From IMG/VR virus record IMGVR_UViG_3300020370_000003, positions 17,399-81,398 of that record: a DNA stretch of 64,000 nucleotides; one strand, 5' to 3'. Numbering within the stretch: position 1 is the first letter of the stretch; every line of letters starts with the position of its first letter. This DNA comes from a virus. Positions 59,417 to 64,000 of the stretch are shown here, in pieces. Under the pieces are notes generated by a model. The model worked only from the letters and a program-made list of their open reading frames with translations. It searched no databases and was not told the DNA's origin. The translations under genes and the position numbers were made by a program.

Positions 59417-59728
59417 TTAAACTTGGGACATTGCCAAGTCTTTGAGATAATCTTCAGCACAATCTTGTGCGTCAAAAATGTTATCAAAAGAACCGAGATT
59501 GACTGATGTACCTATAAGGCAACCTTTAGAGTCATCATAGTTCATAGACTCAACCTTGAAAAGGTCTCCACCGTAGTGATAGATTGAGAGATTAGGGTCT
59601 AGAGTATTCTCACGTCTGTAAGAATCAAATGAAGAGGTTCTCACACCCTGAGACCACTCGAAACCTAGATAGTCGTCACATAGATTGACGCACTGTTGAA
59701 AAAGAGTTTTAGAATTTGAATTTGACAT
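59417..59728 (-). CDS. Hypothetical protein
   Basis: 103 aa, first gene after early promoter copy 2. Confidence 0.75.
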   Translation of the reverse strand: MSNSNSKTLFQQCVNLCDDYLGFEWSQGVRTSSFDSYRRENTLDPNLSIYHYGGDLFKVESMNYDDSKGCLIGTSVNLGSFDNIFDAQDCAEDYLKDLAMSQV

Positions 59729-59796
59729 AATTTTGAAATTGAATGTTTGTTACCTTTGATAATCAAGTGATTTTGCTCTTCCTTGATTATGTACTT

Positions 59797-59856
59797 AATA
59801 TAGCATAGATTTGACCAAAAATCAAGCGACTTTGTGCCACTTTGTATGCTGTCACT
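59797..59856 (-). promoter_or_regulatory. Early promoter with palindromic element, copy 2
   Basis: -35 TTGATT, 17 nt, extended -10 TGC-TATATT; AGTGACAGC-N6-AGTGGCACA upstream. Confidence 0.8.
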
Positions 59857-59860
59857 AGGT

Positions 59861-60070
59861 TTATCTGATGTAACCGTTTTCGGTTACCATGAAAGCATCT
59901 AGTCTAGGGATATCCAAATCAGCGTCATCAAAATCTATTTTAGCACACCCATAGACTCCCCACTCGCTCAACTCTTGAACGAATTCTGCCCAGTTAGCAC
60001 ATACACATGCTACATTCTGAAAGTTTTCAACCTCTAGAATTCTGTTGATGATGGTTTGAGTTTTTGACAT
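59861..60070 (-). CDS. Hypothetical protein
   Basis: 69 aa, lies between two promoter elements. Confidence 0.75.
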   Translation of the reverse strand: MSKTQTIINRILEVENFQNVACVCANWAEFVQELSEWGVYGCAKIDFDDADLDIPRLDAFMVTENGYIR

Positions 60071-60095
60071 AATGCTCTTTGAATCTTATATACTC

Positions 60096-60155
60096 ATTAT
60101 ACACACGCAACCACCCCAAATGGGAAAAATATGTGCCAGTTTATCCACTGGCACA
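60096..60155 (-). promoter_or_regulatory. Early promoter with perfect palindrome, copy 3
   Basis: TGTG-TATAAT; TGTGCCAGT-N6-ACTGGCACA at 60132-60155. Confidence 0.85.
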
Positions 60156-60170
60156 AGATCTGTTGACTGT

Positions 60171-60419
60171 TTATTTAACTACATTTAGTCTAGGAAATTG
60201 TTGGGTTACGTTATCAAGTAACTCTTCAAATAACTCAGGGTCATAATCATTAATGTTCTCTTTTAACTCGTTTGATGTAAACTGTTCGTATGTAAATACG
60301 AGGTCATCATACACATATTGTACGAGTGTTTTAGTGTCCATACCATCAACAATTATCTCTGCGAACTGTTCAATTAGTTCCTTCTTTTGTTGTGGTGTGA
60401 ATGATACTTTGTTAGTCAT
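60171..60419 (-). CDS. Acidic hypothetical protein (paralog of 61116-61373)
   Basis: ELIEQ....VDGMD...L...V...L...EL...I......ELLDNV pattern shared with 61116-61373. Confidence 0.8.
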   Translation of the reverse strand: MTNKVSFTPQQKKELIEQFAEIIVDGMDTKTLVQYVYDDLVFTYEQFTSNELKENINDYDPELFEELLDNVTQQFPRLNVVK

Positions 60420-60727
60420 TAGTCGTGAAATCCTGTAATGAATGGTTCGGGGTTAATGTTAGTTAAGGCATCTATCTCTGCCTCGTGAATATCAACTGCT
60501 GTCTCTAACTTCTCAAAGATGTTATCAACATCATTATTAAAGTTCTCATCATCAGTATCATCACTGTTCTGAATGTACCCTTCTAAAACATATAATATGG
60601 TGCTAATTTGGTTGACAGTTAGTGATACTGGCAACTCACATTCTTCAATGCCACGTTGTAAGATAGTCTTAGCATCTAACTCACTATTAGTGGCATTAGG
60701 ATTTGCTGATTGTTGATACTTAGTCAT
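60419..60727 (-). CDS. Acidic hypothetical protein
   Basis: Start MTKYQQSANPNATNSELDAK with GGAG RBS and ATGA coupling. Confidence 0.75.
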   Translation of the reverse strand: MTKYQQSANPNATNSELDAKTILQRGIEECELPVSLTVNQISTILYVLEGYIQNSDDTDDENFNNDVDNIFEKLETAVDIHEAEIDALTNINPEPFITGFHD

Positions 60728-60888
60728 GCTAATCTCCATGAGGTTTTTGTTACTGAAGACCTACAACATTGGCAGGTTAATGCACTCCAACTGAAGTGAA
60801 ATACGAGTGCTGTTTGTGAACAACAAGGGCATTTTATCCACTTGCCGTTATTACCAGCACGAGTGTATCTTGTGACGTTATTTGTCAT
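60724..60888 (-). CDS. Small zinc-ribbon protein (54 aa; not in ORF track)
   Basis: MTNNVTRYTRAGNNGKWIKCPCCSQTALVFHFSWSALTCQCCRSSVTKTSWRLA; two CxxC motifs; GGAGG RBS. Confidence 0.8.
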   Translation of the reverse strand: MTNNVTRYTRAGNNGKWIKCPCCSQTALVFHFSWSALTCQCCRSSVTKTSWRLA

Positions 60889-61116
60889 TTATGCCTCCCA
60901 ATAAAGTGCATTAAACTCGGCAATGTTTAGGTGTTCATCATCATGTACACGACCTAATTGCTCATCATCACCTTCACAATCAAAGATGAATTCCTCACAG
61001 AAGTATTCAACTGAGCAACCTAATTTCTCTGCTGCTCTTAAGAATTCTCCTATATGTTCATCACTTAAATCTAACTCATCAATGCAAAATGCAATGTCAC
61101 GTTCTAACTGAGTCAT
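60889..61116 (-). CDS. Highly acidic hypothetical protein
   Basis: 75 aa, D/E-rich, GGAGG RBS. Confidence 0.75.
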   Translation of the reverse strand: MTQLERDIAFCIDELDLSDEHIGEFLRAAEKLGCSVEYFCEEFIFDCEGDDEQLGRVHDDEHLNIAEFNALYWEA

Positions 61117-61373
61117 CAGAATTTACCTCCATTGTTGTTAATGTCAAGTACAGTTTCGTTAGTTACGTTATCAATTAACTCATCTAATGTTTCCTCATCC
61201 CATGTATATTTAATCTCATCACATAACTCTTCCCTAGATTCAATTTCTCTTAAATCTTGTGTTAGAGTTTGTGTTACAAATGAAATCAAATCATCCATTT
61301 CCATACTATCAACTTGTAACTGAACTGTCTGTTTAATTAGTTCATCCCACTGAGGTGTAGTTAGTTCTCTCAT
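61116..61373 (-). CDS. Acidic hypothetical protein (paralog of 60171-60419)
   Basis: ELIKQ....VDSME...L...V...L...EEL..EI......ELIDNV. Confidence 0.8.
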   Translation of the reverse strand: MRELTTPQWDELIKQTVQLQVDSMEMDDLISFVTQTLTQDLREIESREELCDEIKYTWDEETLDELIDNVTNETVLDINNNGGKF

Positions 61374-61375
61374 TG

Positions 61376-61507
61376 TTAGTTACCCCTCTTAATTTGTTTT
61401 TGTAATTTGTTAAATTGTTTAGATTCTTTAGGTGTTAATCCTGAAAAATAGTTGAGAAGATTGCCTTCGTAACTATCAAATAGTGCATCTAATTGTTTGT
61501 TCTTCAT
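61376..61507 (-). CDS. Small hypothetical protein (43 aa; not in ORF track)
   Basis: MKNKQLDALFDSYEGNLLNYFSGLTPKESKQFNKLQKQIKRGN fills the gap exactly. Confidence 0.65.
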   Translation of the reverse strand: MKNKQLDALFDSYEGNLLNYFSGLTPKESKQFNKLQKQIKRGN

Positions 61508-61509
61508 TG

Positions 61510-61761
61510 TTATACACCCCACTCAAATCTTGGGTTTTCAAGTATAATATCTCTCACTCTTTCTCTGTCTAAACTATCACCATCACCCCAAGAATAATGA
61601 ACATATTCTAAGTCACCCTTCTCAATCCTTTTCTTATATGTAAAGAAGGCATCATAAATGTGACCCTTAGTTAATCCTTGAATAGGGTATAAATCACTGT
61701 TTGGTGCATAGAAATCCCAAACATAATTTACAAACTTGTTTAATTCTTTGATAGTTGGCAT
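61510..61761 (-). CDS. Hypothetical protein
   Basis: F..YV.DFY.P...LYP...GDSLDRERVRDI; AGGAGG RBS. Confidence 0.8.
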   Translation of the reverse strand: MPTIKELNKFVNYVWDFYAPNSDLYPIQGLTKGHIYDAFFTYKKRIEKGDLEYVHYSWGDGDSLDRERVRDIILENPRFEWGV

Positions 61762-61880
61762 TACTTTTTACCCTCCTTAGTTGTAGATTTGATTGAAAGA
61801 TTAGATAAGAAGTAATAACGAATTGTTGGAGTTGGATTTACCAACTGTTCATACACTTCTTTTGAAAGACTTGTGTTCAT
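61761..61880 (-). CDS. Small hypothetical protein (39 aa; not in ORF track)
   Basis: MNTSLSKEVYEQLVNPTPTIRYYFLSNLSIKSTTKEGKK, first ORF after promoter copy 4, TAATG coupling. Confidence 0.55.
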   Translation of the reverse strand: MNTSLSKEVYEQLVNPTPTIRYYFLSNLSIKSTTKEGKK

Positions 61881-61905
61881 AGGTTGAATTCGTTTGAACA
61901 TTCTT

Positions 61906-61963
61906 ATTATAAGGGATATTCAGGGTGAATGGGAAAATAGTGGACAGTTTGAGATCTGTCACG
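61906..61963 (-). promoter_or_regulatory. Early promoter with palindromic element, copy 4
   Basis: TATAAT at 61911-61906; CGTGACAGA-N6-ACTGTCCAC upstream. Confidence 0.75.
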
Positions 61964-62156
61964 CCTTAATTGATACCATTATATCAGGTGCTAAGGTAAG
62001 ATATACTAAAGGTGGAAATGTTGGTTCAATATCAATAACCTCTAGTGAATTAGCAGGATAATATCTACCATTAGAATCATCATAAAAGGTGACTTCAGTG
62101 TTACTTTGTTCATCATTTAACTTGCTTAAATGTTCTGCTAATTCTTTATATGTCAT
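61959..62156 (-). CDS. Hypothetical protein (MTYKEL family)
   Basis: 65 aa, AGGAGG RBS. Confidence 0.75.
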   Translation of the reverse strand: MTYKELAEHLSKLNDEQSNTEVTFYDDSNGRYYPANSLEVIDIEPTFPPLVYLTLAPDIMVSIKA

Positions 62157-62389
62157 ACAATGTCCTCCTTAAGTATAAACCAATCTTGACGAAATACTAT
62201 CTCATTATCAACTTCTTCCCCTAACTTGTTAAATGATTTGTTTAAACAAGGAACACCAAGTTTCCCATCTGGGTATAAACTATCGAGCATAATCTTGAAC
62301 CATTGGTTATTAGCATCATGCTCAAATTGTTCTAAATCAGGAAAGAAAGATTGACTCCAATTAGTCTCATTGTATGTTAAGTTAGTCAT
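62153..62389 (-). CDS. Hypothetical protein
   Basis: 78 aa, GGAGG RBS. Confidence 0.75.
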   Translation of the reverse strand: MTNLTYNETNWSQSFFPDLEQFEHDANNQWFKIMLDSLYPDGKLGVPCLNKSFNKLGEEVDNEIVFRQDWFILKEDIV

Positions 62390-62390
62390 G

Positions 62391-62621
62391 TTAATCCTCC
62401 GTTGGTGTGATGTACTTTAGTGCCTTATCATCAGTTGTTTCTAACAATTTACCTACCTTATATTCAAATCCATCACATCTTTCAACCTCCTCATAATGTT
62501 GGCAATGTTCAAAATCAGATGCAATTCTTTTTGCTTCAGTTTTATTATTTGCACCAACTGTTACTGAATAATATACAATTTTCTTTGCTTCAAATGTGTA
62601 AGCATTTAATAAATCAGACAT
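62391..62621 (-). CDS. Hypothetical protein
   Basis: 76 aa, GAGG RBS; Y.V.V.A....EA..IA motif. Confidence 0.75.
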   Translation of the reverse strand: MSDLLNAYTFEAKKIVYYSVTVGANNKTEAKRIASDFEHCQHYEEVERCDGFEYKVGKLLETTDDKALKYITPTED

Positions 62622-62645
62622 TGGAATTTACCTCATAATGTGAAT

Positions 62646-62670
62646 AAAAAAGGGGGAATTCCACCCCCTA
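62646..62670 (-). terminator. Rho-independent terminator
   Basis: Minus strand AGGGGGTGGAATTCCCCCTTTTTT. Confidence 0.75.
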
Positions 62671-62675
62671 AGTAT

Positions 62676-62777
62676 TTAACTGTTTGCAACAAAGTCATCA
62701 ATAATTTGTACAACTTCTGCTGCTGTTTGTGCATCTTCAAGTAGATTGAATAGTGCAACTTCAGGATTAAATGCCAT
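62676..62777 (-). CDS. Microprotein (33 aa; not in ORF track)
   Basis: MAFNPEVALFNLLEDAQTAAEVVQIIDDFVANS, followed directly by a terminator. Confidence 0.6.
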   Translation of the reverse strand: MAFNPEVALFNLLEDAQTAAEVVQIIDDFVANS

Positions 62778-62840
62778 GATTGTAGTAAAGAAAGGAACAT
62801 CAAATAGTAGTTTTAAGTCATACTTAGGACTAAGGATTGA

Positions 62841-63167
62841 TTACCTTAAGTATAGGTAACCACCTGCCCAATCTGCTCTTGCGAAACACTTTTCACGTTG
62901 ATTAATGATTCTTAAATCATATCTAACGTGCTTTGCTGGTGACTTCCAAGATGCTGGTTTGTAAACTTCGCCAGTGTTCTTATCAATGAAAGCATGAACA
63001 CCTCCATCAACTTGAATAATTTTGATGTACTTCTTACCTACTTTAGTTTCAAACTTTACAGGACTATTTGAATCAGGGTAACGTGAATTGTAGTTTGCTT
63101 CAAGAGCATCCACCAAATCCATTGCCCACATTTCAACTCTTGTTTGTAATTGGTTTGAGACTGTCAT
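62841..63167 (-). CDS. Early hypothetical protein (start corrected to MTVSNQL)
   Basis: GKKYIKI...VHAFIDKNTGEVYKPASWKSPAKHVRYDL; promoter copy 5 lies inside the track's N-terminal extension. Confidence 0.8.
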   Translation of the reverse strand: MTVSNQLQTRVEMWAMDLVDALEANYNSRYPDSNSPVKFETKVGKKYIKIIQVDGGVHAFIDKNTGEVYKPASWKSPAKHVRYDLRIINQREKCFARADWAGGYLYLR

Positions 63168-63194
63168 AAAGGTGTCTTTGTTTGGTACTCTGTT

Positions 63195-63252
63195 ATTATA
63201 GGTCATTTTAGAGGCAGTGGGTAGAATAGTGGTCACTTTGATTACTGTCCTA
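63195..63252 (-). promoter_or_regulatory. Early promoter with palindromic element, copy 5
   Basis: TATAAT at 63200-63195; TAGGACAGT-N6-AGTGACCAC upstream. Confidence 0.7.
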
Positions 63253-63403
63253 GTGTGTAGGAACCTAACATAGTATTACCATATCTTACTTCAGCATATC
63301 CATACTCTACAGATAGGTCTAAGCATAAACCCCAACAATCATCTAGATTAACAAATGATGAATTCTCATAGGGTGCGGATGGACAGTGAACAGAATATCT
63401 CAT
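63242..63403 (-). CDS. Small hypothetical protein (53 aa; not in ORF track)
   Basis: MRYSVHCPSAPYENSSFVNLDDCWGLCLDLSVEYGYAEVRYGNTMLGSYTLGQ, bounded by promoter copies 6 and 5. Confidence 0.75.
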   Translation of the reverse strand: MRYSVHCPSAPYENSSFVNLDDCWGLCLDLSVEYGYAEVRYGNTMLGSYTLGQ

Positions 63404-63429
63404 AGTTTTAAAATTCGTTTGATACTATT

Positions 63430-63488
63430 ATTATACACACAGAACCACCCCAAATGGGAAAATAGTGTGCAGTTTGAGATCTGGCACA
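63430..63488 (-). promoter_or_regulatory. Early promoter with palindromic element, copy 6
   Basis: TGTG-TATAAT; TGTGCCAGA-N6-ACTGCACAC upstream. Confidence 0.8.
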
Positions 63489-64000
63489 CTAAACGTATGC
63501 TCTTGGTGGAATACCCTCTATAAAGATATATGAAACAACAGACTGTAATCTCTTTGCTATTCTCTCACCATACTTACCTGATATTGGTACACATATTTGA
63601 CCAAATCTTTTATGGTATAAGTTATACTGACCAGCAGGTATTTTACCCTCCTTCATTGATACTCTATCCTTCTCATGTATCCTAATAACTCTACCTATTG
63701 TCTGTGCCATTTCAATGGTAGGTAGATTTCTAAGCATTACTGAATGAGTCAAACCAGGAACATTTATCCCTTCTGATAGTATAGAATAGTGGAAGATTAC
63801 AAACTTCTTAGTATCATCTTTGCCCCAATCTGTAAGAGTTTGGAAGAACTTTTCTCTACCAACTTTCTTACCATTAATAACAGCACCATACTTAGATGTG
63901 ATGTGTAAAATGTTATATTGCTGTGAATATAACCATGACCTAATATCAGTATGTGTGAGCATATTCCATAGTATTCTTGTTGTTGGAGCAGACACAAGTA
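63489..64000 (-). CDS. SF2 (DEAD/ResIII-like) helicase, C-terminal part (starts beyond the window)
   Basis: Motif V ILSEGINVPG and motif VI QTIGRVIR; frame open to the window edge. Confidence 0.85.
   Translation of the reverse strand, partial: LVSAPTTRILWNMLTHTDIRSWLYSQQYNILHITSKYGAVINGKKVGREKFFQTLTDWGKDDTKKFVIFHYSILSEGINVPGLTHSVMLRNLPTIEMAQTIGRVIRIHEKDRVSMKEGKIPAGQYNLYHKRFGQICVPISGKYGERIAKRLQSVVSYIFIEGIPPRAYV

Noticed and set aside
60141-60149. TTATCCACT DnaA-box-like 9-mer inside palindrome copy 3
   Set aside because: Isolated, mismatched and absent from the other five copies
57003-63488. Repeats as a CRISPR array or integron attC sites
   Set aside because: Spacing is irregular (0.2-2.8 kb), copies are degenerate and each is tied to a -10 box; no cas or integrase gene in the window
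1-64000. tRNA or rRNA genes
   Set aside because: No cloverleaf or T-loop signature was recognised in the few intergenic gaps; not confirmed by tRNAscan

Overview
A 64-kb segment of a T4-like marine cyanomyovirus genome (Kyanoviridae-type, probably infecting Prochlorococcus or Synechococcus), with every supported gene on the minus strand. In transcription order (right to left), 56.7-64 kb is an early/accessory region. It holds a truncated SF2 helicase, about 25 small, mostly acidic ORFs, and six sigma70-like promoters that share a 9-6-9 bp palindromic upstream element. A cluster of cyanobacterial-type DnaA boxes (TTTTCCACA) beside a sigma70 promoter at about 57.1-57.3 kb is a candidate origin. 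Next come a Cys-rich structural protein, a PAAR protein, and an auxiliary cassette (double 2OG-Fe(II) oxygenase, heme oxygenase ho1, 2OG-Fe(II) oxygenase). The baseplate/tail module follows: gp25, gp6, an 8209-aa gp7-like protein, a gp9/10-like protein with a cupredoxin domain, a YHYH protein, gp8, a DUF4815/VrlC-like protein, a 2197-aa fibre, gp13 and the start of gp14. The most striking observation is inside the 8209-aa protein. Eighteen copies of a ~105-aa Cys/His 'YPR' domain are not in tandem but inserted into one another's loops. By manual parse they form a fully balanced bracket structure nested 7 deep, which predicts a branched, tree-like virion appendage from a single polypeptide. Circularly permuted copies of the same domain and a separate 4-deep telescoped repeat in the fibre suggest recursive domain insertion recurs in this phage's structural proteins. 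All family assignments come from motif recognition by eye; no searches were run.
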